Source of the DNA: Octopus bimaculoides
Lineage: Eukaryota
Length of the DNA: 48,677 bases
NCBI RefSeq assembly: GCF_001194135.2
Contig: NC_069002.1
Span: forward strand, 37,186,674 to 37,235,350
Direction: 5' to 3'
Shown here: positions 36,791-48,669 of the stretch, in pieces
Numbering within the stretch: position 1 is the first letter of the stretch
Layout: the number at the start of each line of letters is the position of its first letter
Notes under the pieces: model-generated
The model's input: only the letters and a program-made list of their open reading frames with translations
Database searches by the model: none
Told to the model about the DNA's origin: nothing
Position numbers and translations under genes: made by a program

Positions 36791-37379
36791 AGACACCCAC
36801 CACATTCTTGGAGTGGATGCCTTTTAGGAAAGGCATGCAGCTGTAGAAACCAAATCAGACTGGAACCTGGTACAGCTCTCTGGCTTACCAGTTCTGGTCA
36901 AGCCTTCTTGTCCACACTAGCATGGAAAATGGATGGTAAATGATGAGGAGGAGGCGGATTCTTTCCTACTATAGGAACAAGGCCCAAAACTTGGGGGGGG
37001 GGGGCATTCAATTACATAGAACCCAGTCCTCACTCATCATTTAATGTCCACTTGCCATGTTGTCATGGGTTGGAAAGTTTGACAGAAACTGGCCAAATAG
37101 GGAGCTGCCCAGGTTCTAATTGTCTGTTGTGGCATGGTTTCTCTGGCTGGATGCCCTTCCTAATGACAACCACTTCACAGAGTGTACTGAGTGCTTTCTA
37201 TGTGGTACCAGCATGGGTGCTCTTATGTGGCACAGGCACAAGTGCTTTTTATGTGGCACCAACACTTGCAAGCTCCCCCAAAAAAGGGACTCTGTCGTAC
37301 ATGCACACTGATATCACCCATCCAATAGAGCAATGCTGGCTTCATTTCTTTGCATGTCCTCTGTAGCCATAGCCCATGT

Positions 37380-38950
37380 CTCACTGTAATATAGCATAGC
37401 TGTACGTACAGGCATTATTACAATCTACCTTTCAATCATAGGAAAAGGCCCCTTGTTACAAACAAAGGTGATAGGGTTCTGAACTATGGCCCAGCTTGCT
37501 CTTATTCTACCAACTATGCTTTCAGAACTTCCTCCTCTACTGTTAACTTGGTCACCTAGGTAACAGAATCTGTCTACTACTACTACTACTGGACATTTGA
37601 GGACATCTATTCTCTGTACATTCTTAGTGTTTATTGTACCTGCACATCTACCACACACAAAGACTGCTTTTTTTCTGTTAACCTTCTCGTGATACTGCTG
37701 CACCTATGTGTCCATAGCTTGCACTTGGTATACAGTGTGGAGTTTCTACCAACTCCTTTCCTACATATTGAACAGGGCCATCTTCCTGAAGGGATTGGAG
37801 ATATGTCTGTGTTCCTAATTACTAGGACTTTGGTCTTAGCTAAATTAACTTTAAGGCCCTTAGATTCCAGACCTTGCTTCCACACCTGAAATTCCCTCTC
37901 TAGTTCAGGGAGTGATTCAGTTATAAGAATAAGGTCATTAGCATAGGGACACTCCCAAGGGCAGCCAGTCTTAAACTCCTTTGTTAGAGCCTGGAGAACT
38001 ATGATAAACAAGAAGGGGCTGAGAAGTGATCTACTTGTACACTAAATTCATTGCTATGGTCGTTGCCAACCTTTACCTTACTGACAGCATTTCTGTACAC
38101 AGCTGTACAGCCCTCATCAAACACTCATCTATTGATAGCTTTTAGAGTGAACATCAGATGAGGGAGTGAGGGACCCTGTCAAAGGTTTCCTCCATGTCTA
38201 CAAAAGCCAAGTACAGAGATTTATTCTTGGCTTCTCCCAGGCACGAAACCAAACGACATCTCATCCAGTTTAACTCCCTTCCTAATATCTGTAACTTTCA
38301 TGACCTGGTCCAACAATTTAATACTTCTGTAATTATTTCTGTCCAAGGCATCACCTTTTCCTTTGTAGCAGTTGACGGTAATGTTGCTACACCAGTTGTG
38401 TATGACTCCCTCGTGGATTAACAATATAGGTGACTAACCCATACCCCACTTGGCCAGATATTTTCATCATGTCAGTGATGATCCCTGATGGGCCAGGGGC
38501 ATTCCCTGTCTTCATATCCTTAATTGCTCTATCTACCAAGCTACTGTCAATTCAGATAGCTGGTTCCTCTGTTGCATCGACATTAGACAGACTCTCCTTC
38601 TCCCATGCATTCTCTACTTTTACCAACCATCTCATAGTAGCATTTCCAAGTTTTTTTCTTCTTTGCAGAATCACTAACTGCAAGTGTACCATCATCCATG
38701 TGAACACACTTCTCTCCTACATCATAATTGTCTTTCACTCACTATCATGCAATCCGAAACACCTCAAGCTGCTGGCCCTCATCTCACAGAACACTGGCAA
38801 ACTTCTTCCTTTCCACTTCTCTCCTGGCGAAATATACCCATCTCCTAACCTCCCATCTAGTTATTTGATATAGTTCCCTGCTCCTACCACTGTTCCAGTC
38901 CCATTTCTTCACTCTAATAGCCGTCTACTACACTGTTCCACCACCATGTC
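37380..38950 (-). mobile_element. RTE-type LINE, decayed RT region (CUL5 intron 1)
   Basis: KTGNAPGPSG..KGKGDALDRNNYRSIKLLDQVMKV..GFVPGRS; FIIVLQALT..GCPWE..YANDL..GLKVNLAKTKVL..WPCSICRKGVG; RFCYLGD; many stops. Confidence 0.88.
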
Positions 38951-39289
38951 ACATTAGATCTGGTAGGGACTTTGTACCAGTCAAAAATTTGGTCATTAAG
39001 TTGTTCCATAGAAACCTCCAGTTGTTCTCTATATTATGCTTCTATATCATTGCCAGTACCACCAGACTGGCCCTCGTGCTGGTGGCACATAAAAGCACCC
39101 ACTACACTCTCGGAGTGGTTGGCGTTAGGAAGGGCATCCAGCTGTAGAAACTCTGCCAGATCAGATTGGAGCCTGGTCCAGTCATCTGATTCGCTAGTCC
39201 TCAGTCAAACCGTCCAACCCTTGACCCATACAAGCGTGGAAAAAAAGGATGTTGACAGAACACAAAATAAATCTTTTTTTAATATTTAA

Positions 39290-39511
39290 CCCTTTTGATA
39301 CCAACCCATCTGAAACTGCCTCTGGCCCTGTGGTACAAATTTCTTGTTTTCAAAAGTTCTGAATTAAAATCTTCCACCAAACCTTAGTCATAATTTATGT
39401 TCCTAACACTAGCTTAATGATAGCTAAGTTATTTTACTAAATTCTTTGTTATATTTAAAATTAATTGAAAGAAACACAGAGCATCTCAACAGAAATATGG
39501 TATCAAAAGGG
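39290..39511. mobile_element. piggyBac-type MITE (222 bp)
   Basis: Perfect 14-bp TIRs CCCTTTTGATACCA, with TTAA on both sides (39286-39289 and 39512-39515). Confidence 0.85.
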
Positions 39512-39581
39512 TTAAACACCTGTACTGCTGTTGAAGCATTGCATTGGAAAATGATATTGAACATGTTTATCTCGCACTTAA

Positions 39582-39785
39582 CCCTTTAGCATTCAGATTG
39601 CTCTATCAAATGTAATGCTTATTTATTTACATTAACAAAAACTAGTCATTCATTACCTTGTAGCTTTGAGTTTTCAATGTTATGATTATTTATTTTTAGA
39701 ATAATATTGTAAGGTAGGTGTGAGAGGCTGGATCTGGCCAGTTCGATTATTTTGGCCAGATATGGCCGGTTTAAATGATAAAGGG
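39582..39785. mobile_element. piggyBac-type MITE, second family (204 bp)
   Basis: TTAA|CCCTTTAGCATT...AATGATAAAGGG|TTAA. Related internal sequence occurs reversed at about 14175-14630. Confidence 0.75.
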
Positions 39786-41206
39786 TTAAAGTGGATGATA
39801 TCAGTGATACAAACATGATTGCTTTTATGCACCATGAGTCCATAGGAGAGGTCCTCTCATGATAAACAATGCAATAGTCTGTGTTCTAACATCTAGTGGG
39901 AGATAAATACTGCTTCTGTTGCTAGTTATTATTATTTGAACATATTTTGCATATATAAATGTCAAACAAAACAGACTTCAGTAGTCACGAAAATTCTCCT
40001 CACTCGTATTAAGTACAGTAGCAGATGCATGTAAAATGTTAAGAACAAAAATCAATATTTTCCTTTTATATGCTACCATAATTAAGTGTTAGAATATGCA
40101 GGAGCTCGTTCTGTGTTGCCTAATAGTGAATGGTTGAGAGATATCCCTCTCCTCAGATAGGGGCATCAGTCAGCTGCAAAGTTTACTGGTTGAAGAAATT
40201 CAATTCAGTGTTGGAAATTAGCAAAACATTTGCTGGCTGTAGTCTCCTTGCTACTGACAGTAGTAAACTATACTCATTTTAGGGAACAGGACCATGGACA
40301 GTAAAGGCTAAAGTAGATGGGTCCTCCATTCATTTCGATAATGAGCTTTCCAGAAGTTCAATCAACAGAACTACATAATCATTGAATCATAGTGTAGGCA
40401 GTTGAGTATTCCACAATATAACATAAAGAAAAAAAAGTGGTTGTTGTTGAGACAGGGTGTGTGTGGGTGTGAAAGATAGATAGGTAGACTGTTGTCACCA
40501 TAGTAACTAGTGAGACTTTCACTGGATGACAGTCTACTATTAAAAGAAAATACATGCATAATTAACAGATATTATTACAGGCAGCATAGCGATGGACTAA
40601 GTCCTATTATAACATAAATGTCAGGCAGAACCATTAAGACACTGCATGTAACAAAACTAGGCCCATGGATTACATTCCATCCAATGGGCCTCCAGTGTTT
40701 TTTTTTTTCTAACCAGTTTCACTCACAAATTTTGGGACAACCCAAGGCTATGGTAGAAGCAAATTGATGACCGGATATGAGCTGTTGACACTTTAGAACC
40801 AGGCATGAGCAAATTCTGACTGGTATGCCTAACAAAGAAATTACCTTGAATTTTTTTTTTTCTTAGTGGTGTGGCTCACCTGATGAGTCATGTCTCATGC
40901 AGCCTGCTTCTCCAAAAAGGTTGCCCATGCCTGCTTTACATAATAAGTCAATGCCCTGATTACCTAGACGTTACTGTTCTAGAATTGATTACACTTATAG
41001 GAAAGAATCCCAACCATTAGCTAATACACAGACAAATATTATTTCTGACTCAGAAAGTCAAGACGAGATACATTGGTGAAGAGCTGCATAAATAAGGTCT
41101 GTAACAATGTAACATTAGAAGTGTAAAAAAACAAAACATCTGATTGAAAGACAATTGATGGTTTAGTGATGGCAACAACTGTGACAACAACATGCAGTTT
41201 TAAAAA

Positions 41207-41436
41207 CAGTGGTTCTCAACTGGGGTCCAAGATTTTGTTGTTAAAATTTATCTGCAATAAATTGGTTATACTTCTACAATACACAAAATAGTTCAACAAT
41301 TTTTTTTATACAATTCCTAATAAAATTTATAAAAATATAATTTTGTTAAACACCGAATGACTAGGGAAGGGGGGTTCAAGGTAAGTAAAATAGGAATCAA
41401 AAGAGTCCACAGGTAAAAAGTGGTTGAGAAACACTG
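41207..41436. mobile_element. hAT-type MITE
   Basis: TIRs CAGTGGTTCTCAAC / GTTGAGAAACACTG with subterminal GGGGTCC-like motifs. Confidence 0.7.
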
Positions 41437-41824
41437 ATTTGAAAGCTGTTCTGAAAACCATTTGTCAGAATTAGTAGTGGTAGATCAATACCATGAAGGA
41501 TTTAGTCATATTTCTTTAAATTTTGAGCTCAAAATCTGCTGGAGGACAATTGACTTCACATCCTTTGGAAGTCATTGAAATAAGGAATGAAAAACAGGGG
41601 TCAATTCAATCAATTATAGTCTTCCTCAAAATGTTTGGCCTTGTGATAATTTTTTTGTCTTTTACTTGTTCCAGTCATTAGACTGCAGCCATGCTGGGGC
41701 ACCACCCTGAAGAATTTTTTTCAGTCAAATGAATTGACTCCAGTTTTTATTCTATCACTGTCTTTTGCCAAACTGTTAAGTTACAGAAGTAAATACATCA
41801 ACACCAGTTGTCAAGTGATAGTGT

Positions 41825-41889
<65 letters not shown>

Positions 41890-44137
41890 ACAACAAATTT
41901 CTTTCAGTTTACATCTACTAAATCCACTCACAAGGCTTTGGTAAACCCAAGGCTATAGCAGAAGACGCCTAAAGTGCCATGCATTAGGATTGAACCTGGA
42001 ACCATGTGGTTAGGAAGCAAGCTTCTTACCACACAGCCATGCCTGCAAAAATCAATGATTAACCTTAATAATGGTCCTTGCTTATCTGCATTAAATATCA
42101 TAGTTAAAACTTTGTTGAATTTATGAAATATATGCACTAAATCAGTGCTAAAGAGCAAAATCTTAAACCAAACTGCATAAATCAAAATGAATGAGGGATG
42201 GAACTTTCCACGGTGAGTCAGTGAATATTTTAAGAAAAGGAAATATAGGAACATTAATAAATAACTCAGACAGACAAAACACACACGACATGGCTATTTT
42301 CAATATCATTTCGTGTTACACTTGCCACACAATTTCCGAATGCCAAACATTACATACAAAGGCACAGGCATGCCTGTGTGATAACAAGTCTTGCTTCCCA
42401 ACCACACCATGAGCATGCGTTTTCTAATGTAGACCCAGGCTGCCCAAAGCCTTGTGAATTTGGTAGAGAGAAACAGGAAGAAGCCTGTCATATAAATAGA
42501 TGGGTGTGTGTTTGTGTGACTGTCTCCTTGCTTTGACTTCAGGTGATAGTTGTAAACGAATGTCACCACCATGAAACTGGTGTCCGTCGTCGTCTCCACT
42601 CTTCTATGAAAATATGTCTGGTCATGGGAAAATTTTACCTTACACGGAAAGGGCGAAAGTTGACGAGAGGAAGGGAACCTGGCTGTAGTAAGTCAGTCTC
42701 AACAAATTCCGTCTGACCTATTCTGGCATGGAAAACTGACGTTAAACGACAACGATTATTTTATATATATATATATATATATATATGCCTTCTCTAAACG
42801 ACCCCTAATCCTTTACACCATTAGTCATGTGATACAAGTGTAGTTACTGCCTATTAAACGATGTCCAAAGACCAGAGTTCCTTTTATATTTGCACACTAA
42901 TAAATAATAATTCAAGAAGCAATAACTGTTTTATTAATCTAAACGCATACAACAACAAAAATGCGAAGAACAACCTTTAGTTAAAAGAAAAAAATAAACG
43001 TGAAGATATGACCAGGACACGAAGATCGAAATCATAAAGTGAGAATTGGGCATGCTGAAAGGTTTAAGATCTGGATATAAAATATGAATTAAACTTACTT
43101 GTGAAATGAATATTTTCTTAAATATATAATATAAATTATTTTGTTCTTGTAAAAGTACAAATGTAACAAGAGAAGACTAATCAATTATACTCTTTCTTTG
43201 ACAATACTAGAAATTCCTGCATACATCAAGTTTGCACTGAGAAGAATTTGCTTATGTCTAATGGTCCAGATAACAATGTTTAAGGAAATAAAAAGAAAAA
43301 CTATCTTGTTTCATAAGTACGGGAATGAAAAAGCGAGAAATGTTTATTTAATATTAAATCATCAAATATTTTATTTTATGATGGTCAAGATTGTATAGAA
43401 GGATTAAAGAATGTTGTTACTTGTTTATCTAGAGTGAAATCTGAGCGGTTAAATTTGTTTTTTTATTTTTCAACCTTTTCTCAATGCAACTTCAATTAAA
43501 TGTCTCCAGCCAATTAAGACAATAGATCACTCATAAGTACGATCGGTTTTCCTGTCGGGGGAAACACTAATCGGAAATAATCGATATGAAGTAATTAATA
43601 AAATGACATTAAAAGAACACATACTAAAAATTTGCATTTTTTTCTTTCAATATTTTATAAACAAAATATCTACTTTAATCTTACTTCGAACAGTGGAGTG
43701 ATGCGGGAGGTGAGAGAATTTTAACGGAATATAAGCAGTTCCAATTTATTTTTCTCTTTGTGAGAATTGGCAATTGTACAAACTATGGCCTAAACGGTAA
43801 ATAATATAAAAGCGCTGTGAAATAAGACATAAACCGTGCATAGAAACTGCAAATATTTCATTTCATAATTAAGAAGAATTTCTATTTAATGTAATATAGT
43901 GGAATTGGTTTGTGTAACTAAGTCTTTTATTTGAGAAGTGGGGTCAGATTTGGTAACTTTGGACCATATAACATTTTAGTTGGAAAATAGTGTTTTGCTA
44001 AATCTGCTACAAAGTATATAACAAGTTAATGATTGTCATTTCTTGTCAAATATATGATTAAAAATGAAAAATACCAGCTGTACTACCTCGAATGATATAT
44101 ATAACACGAAGATAGAAATGCAAATTTCAGGTTATTA

Positions 44138-44171
<34 letters not shown>

Positions 44172-44894
44172 ACCTCGAAAATTACAAGGTGACTACAAGA
44201 ATCAACCATTATAACAGCCACAAGTGAAGACATGTGAGAGACTTATGTAAATATTTCAAAACTGAGAGGTAATATTTACGTATGCACAAAGGATAAGTCA
44301 AAAGGTATAAAAAGATAAACAAAAGAGAGAGAAAGGGAAAAAACGATTGTCTTATTCTTTCTCATATTGATATTTCATTTTTTTCCCACGAACACTCAAG
44401 TGTGTAATTTTATATAATGAAAATATAAACTCTATAAATTATAGAGAAGAAAGCAAAAAACAAAAAGAAAAACTGCGGTCCATTTTAGTTTTTACGAAGG
44501 AAAATATTTGGGAGCGATATTTGAAAAGATATAACTGTGCTAGGGATAAAACGGTAGATTAGAGATCAAATGTGATTTATATTATAGCAGTAAGTATATA
44601 ATAATCCGGACACAAGTAAATATAATGCACATGCTTCGGGGGTATTTAGTAAGCTGAACGAGTCAAACGTGTATTGTTGTAGTTTGATGAGGAATATTGA
44701 AAGCAAGTCGGGACCCAAAGTTGAAAGCGTTGAGTTTTACGGCAGTTTTAAAATAAAATTGAAATTAAAAATAGCTAGATAAAAACAGAATTAAGCCTTG
44801 TAATGCACAGAGAGAAATAGGGCAAGAATGGAAAGGAATAATCAGGTAAAATGTCCTACAAGAATCTGGAAGAGGCGAAGATCATTGGACTCAC

Positions 44895-44909
44895 CTTTAA
44901 CATCGCCAT
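44895..44909 (-). CDS. CUL5: Cullin-5 coding exon 1 (MAMLK)
   Basis: Minus strand reads aacaatATGGCGATGTTAAAG|gtgagt: good start context and a consensus donor. Phase 0 joins exon 2 in frame, giving MAMLK|QGQSQFEEKW (human, from memory: MATSNLLK|NKGSLQFEDKW). Confidence 0.85.
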
Positions 44910-44950
44910 ATTGTTTCTCGAGAGAATCTCGCGAGAACTGACAAAACAGC
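44910..44950. promoter_or_regulatory. 41-nt spacer between the divergent CUL5 and VBP1 start codons, with TCTCGCGAGA (44927-44936) and TCTCGAGAGA (44916-44925)
   Basis: Read directly. TCTCGCGAGA is the palindromic CGCG element (attributed to BANP, formerly Kaiso/ZBTB33) of vertebrate housekeeping promoters. Both ATGs sit in YY1-like ATGGCG contexts. Confidence 0.75.
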
Positions 44951-45013
44951 ATGGCGGCCGACAAGGCAGACGAAGAGCAGAACCACAGCGGAATCCCCAA
45001 GGCAGACTTTGTG
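44951..45013 (+). CDS. VBP1: Prefoldin subunit 3 / VHL-binding protein 1, coding exon 1 (later exons not found in the window)
   Basis: aacagcATGGCG...: MAADKADEEQNHSGIPKADFV|gtaggt. HSGIPKADFV matches the HLGIPEAVFV motif of human VBP1/PFDN3, and the phase-0 donor falls right after FV, where I recall the human exon 1 ends. Based on 21 aa only. Confidence 0.8.
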
Positions 45014-46245
45014 GTAGGTTACAGTATTTCTAGGCAATGGAAACGATTCTTATCTTCAATTTGGGTTACGCTTGAGTGTTTCCAATGCAGTAATTACTTA
45101 CTGTTTTGTAAATATTTAATATTTTTTTTCGTTTCAAGATAAGGAAGAGGAACTAAAAAGAGAAAATAAGAAGATAACTTGTCACACACAGCTTCTATCG
45201 ATTATTTAACCTAATAATTAAATATTCTCTCTTAATAATATTTTCCTCTTGATAATTTCGATATTTTCTGAGTAAGCGTAAGAAAATAATTATCAAAGAT
45301 GATTAAATACTGCACGGGAACTCAATGGAGTCAATCTTAAACCATAAATGTTTAAAAAATGTTTTACATGAAGAAACATAAAAAAAACCCCAATAAGTTT
45401 ATTATGTAAATTTTTATTGATCTGCCATAAAAGGAATATTTATTTCAGATTGACCCTTTTCTCTTCCATTTAGAGCCCACCAGAAACATTACGTTTCCCA
45501 ATTCACCTTTTAATATTGAAACATTTTCCCATTCTGGTCTTGACGCTTGTTGATGAATCTTACCTGCGACTCGTTTCCTTCAATATAAAAGTTGACAATT
45601 AAAGTTTAAATATAAAATTTTACTATCGATCCCTTAATTATTCCTTCTGTCTCCACGAGAATTTAAGCTGATGCCGTTTTCAGTTGATTAGAAAAATATT
45701 TCTAATTTGAACATTGATGATGATTCATATTTCATGTTCAGAACGTCGAAGCTATTTTCACTCTTCCATCGCTTTTAATTCGAGTTTAATTTTTCCGAGA
45801 TTTTATTTATAGAATTTTGTTACCTCTCCATCTTTCATTATTTTTTTTTCTGTTCACAAGTAGATTGAAATAATATATTTTAAAATACTGTTGACCTTCA
45901 CATAACTTACGATATATTTTAAATTCCTGTGTAGTTTAATTCGTTAGATTCGTATAGGTTTTTATCGGTTCATACTCAAGATTCATTTATACCATATATA
46001 TCTCTGTAAAGGAAATTTCATTCAAAAACAAGTATTTTTAATGAAAGTTCTGAGAAAGCCAAGTCGCGTGGGGTGGATGGAGGCACACTTCTATATTTAT
46101 CTTTTAAAAAAATCGAATTCTATAACGTTAAAACGTTCAAATTTTTGGTTTCTGTTCTCTGGAAGCTGCTATAATGGCTGGAAGAGAGTTTATGTGCTTA
46201 AGATTTCTAAGCTTTTTTGTGTCTCTCTCTAGGGGTGAAAAATGG

Positions 46246-47573
46246 GGTACTATTTAAGAAGAGTGGTCCCTTCGCGCGCACCCGCGCTAGTCAGTAGACT
46301 AGTCAGCACCTGCGATAGAAAAATTTTTAAAAAACCCCACATGTATAAATATGTGCAAACTGTAAATCGGAGGGGGTGGGGTGGATTTATCTATCAAAAC
46401 AAACAACCGACTGAATGAATGAAAATAAAGAAAATTAAAATAAAATCTTACTCAAAAGTAGTCATTAAGAAAAGTGAAGATAATGAAATAAAATGTTATT
46501 TACTTACTCAAAAGTGAACCATTCTGAAAGATGTTTTAGAATGTTCCAAAAACATTCGTCTCCAGTCTTCCCACATTTCCCCCCTCCAAAGAAACTCGTC
46601 AAGATAGGATTCAATCATATTTGTGTGTACTTCCATCATGCTCTTGAATTTATGGTCCAGAAAAGTCTCCATAAATATCTCATGGCAGGTCTTTCAGAAG
46701 CAATGGTGATAGAGTGGTATCAATACATGAGACATAGTAAGTCACCATCTTGTATGTAATCCCTACAAAGTTGGAGGAGTTAGGGTACATCGTCGAAATA
46801 GACGAATCATTTGATGTGCCAAAGGAAGTATAATAGAGGCAGAATACCACAGGAGAGGTGGGGTTTTTGGAGGATGGGACAGAGAAGACAAAATAGGACT
46901 TCTGGTGTTCCTCTGAAACTTTGCTCCCCCTTATCAGAAAGTATATAAAATCAGGAACGATTACCCATTCGGATTGTTGGAGTGGATACAATGGAATAGT
47001 TGAAATTGGTGTTGGACCATGGTATTCCTATTTCAAAGTGAACCATAGAGAAAAAATCTGTGAATCCAGTAACTAACATACATACCAACTCAGTTGAATG
47101 TTACTGGAAAAAATGTGAGAAGCAGATTCAAAAGTATGATGGAAGTATACACAAATATGATTGAATCCCATCTAGACGAGTTTCTTTGGAGGAGGAAAAA
47201 TATGGGAAGACTGGAGATGAATGTTTTCGGAAAAATTCTAAAATATCTTTCAGAATGGTTCACTTTTGAATAACGACTACTTTTGAGTAAGCAAATTTTT
47301 ATTCTCACTTTTTTTAATGACTACTTTTGAGTAACATTTTATTTCAATTTCAAAATTTGTTTTATTTTCATTCATTCAGTCGGTTATTTGTTTTATTAGA
47401 TAGATAAAGGGATAGATAAATTCCCCCTCCCTCCCATTTACAGTTTACACATATTCATACATGTAGAGGTTTTTTTTTTATTGCAGGTGCTGATTAGCGC
47501 ATGTGTGTGCGGTATGTGCATCCGCTGATTGGCATGGGTGTACATGTCAGGTCCACTCTTCTTAAGTAGTACC
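46246..47573 (+). mobile_element. Merlin (IS1595/ISXO2-like DDE) DNA transposon derivative, non-autonomous
   Basis: Termini GGTACTATTTAAGAAGAGTGGTCC and (reverse complement) GGTACTACTTAAGAAGAGTGGACC. Perfect 8-bp TSD AAAAATGG at 46238-46245 and 47574-47581. Decayed transposase at about 46680-47230: VIEWYQYMR, IVEIDES, TLLPLIRKYIKSGT..HSDCWSGY, VNH, LDEFLWRRK. Confidence 0.9.
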
Positions 47574-47754
47574 AAAAATGGATATGAAAGGGACGAGTAG
47601 ACATGTTTTGGTGATCTTTTGTTTTAACTTTAAGGCATCAAGACATAGATCATGTGGCAGCCCACGTTTTTTCATATGATCGTTTTATTATTATTCATGA
47701 ATTGAAATTCTGTTTTTTTTTTCTTTCAGTCTCATGCTTTTTCTATGCATTATC

Positions 47755-48051
47755 CATTGGTTCTTAACTGGGGTCCATGCAACAAAATACTAAATTGGGA
47801 ATCCACAATAGTTCTTTAAAAGGTCCATGAAAAATGTTGCTTTAGACATATGTATTGATACATATTGCAAGAAACAGCAAGGTTTCTTTCTCATTTACAT
47901 AGTTCAACCTACACAAGTTTGTGTATGGAAAAACGGAATTTTGAAAGATGTTTCTATAAAACTAGTTTTTAAACATTGAATGATTATAAGGGTCCACCAG
48001 AATAGAATAATAATTAAAGGGGTCCATAGATTAAAAATGTTTGAGAACCCT
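47755..48051. mobile_element. hAT-type MITE, degenerate copy
   Basis: CATTGGTTCTTAACTGGGGTCCA...GGGGTCCA..TTTGAGAACCC; same ends as 41207-41436. Confidence 0.55.
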
Positions 48052-48559
48052 TTTTATTATAGAAGAATCCCCTATATAACTTACTTTTGTTATTTTTGAA
48101 TTCCTGTCATTTAAAACTTCTCTCATCTGTCACCTGTATTGTAAGAGTTTCTATTTTTATATTTCAATTCCTTCCCTCGCACTGTTATCTCTCTTTTTTC
48201 AAACTTGGGTTTGTGCCAAAACCGTTATGCGGTTTCAGTGTGCAGTTAAAACTGTTTGACTTCTTTTTCACTGCAAATGACTTTGGCAAAGGCATGGCTG
48301 CCACGCCTTTCTTTCAATCATAAAGCCAAAACATCGTGCAGCAATTCAGATATGTACTTTTATATTGAGTTCAAATCCCAACTAGAAAATATTGATCTCG
48401 GAGGAATAAAGCCAATACAAGTGTTTGCTTTATCCTTCTGAGATTGGTACAAATAGCACAAATACTGTACTGCAGTTGATTTAAGTCAGCTTTATACCTT
48501 CCCCACTAATTTGTAACCAAGTGCCTAAATTAGAAGTCTTCAGAGGCGATCCTTGGGAG

Positions 48560-48669
48560 ATAGAGGTGCCAAAACTGTAACTGAACAGTGAAAAACAGTC
48601 GCATACTCCATATTAGTATAAATTTGTTTGAAATTTTAAAGTTTTTCCATTATTTTGTCCAAACCCGTA
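48560..48669 (+). mobile_element. Tc1-family terminal remnant, same family as 30.9-31.1 kb
   Basis: Shares AAATTTGTTTGAAATTTTAA..TTTCCATTATTTTGTCCAA..GTA with 31040-31092; ends in a TA run. Confidence 0.6.

Noticed and set aside
20797-44909. U12-type or non-canonical introns in CUL5
   Set aside because: All 17 introns are GT-AG, and none has the GTATCCTT/ATATCCTT U12 donor.
45480-45850. Possible coding remnant on the minus strand
   Set aside because: Only short open frames with no identifiable domain; left unassigned.
47710-47760. Strong plus-strand acceptor as a candidate VBP1 exon 2
   Set aside because: The following sequence does not encode the expected EDV(D/E)xF..LDEQYxKYK segment and runs into a hAT MITE. 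VBP1 exon 2 is probably beyond the window.
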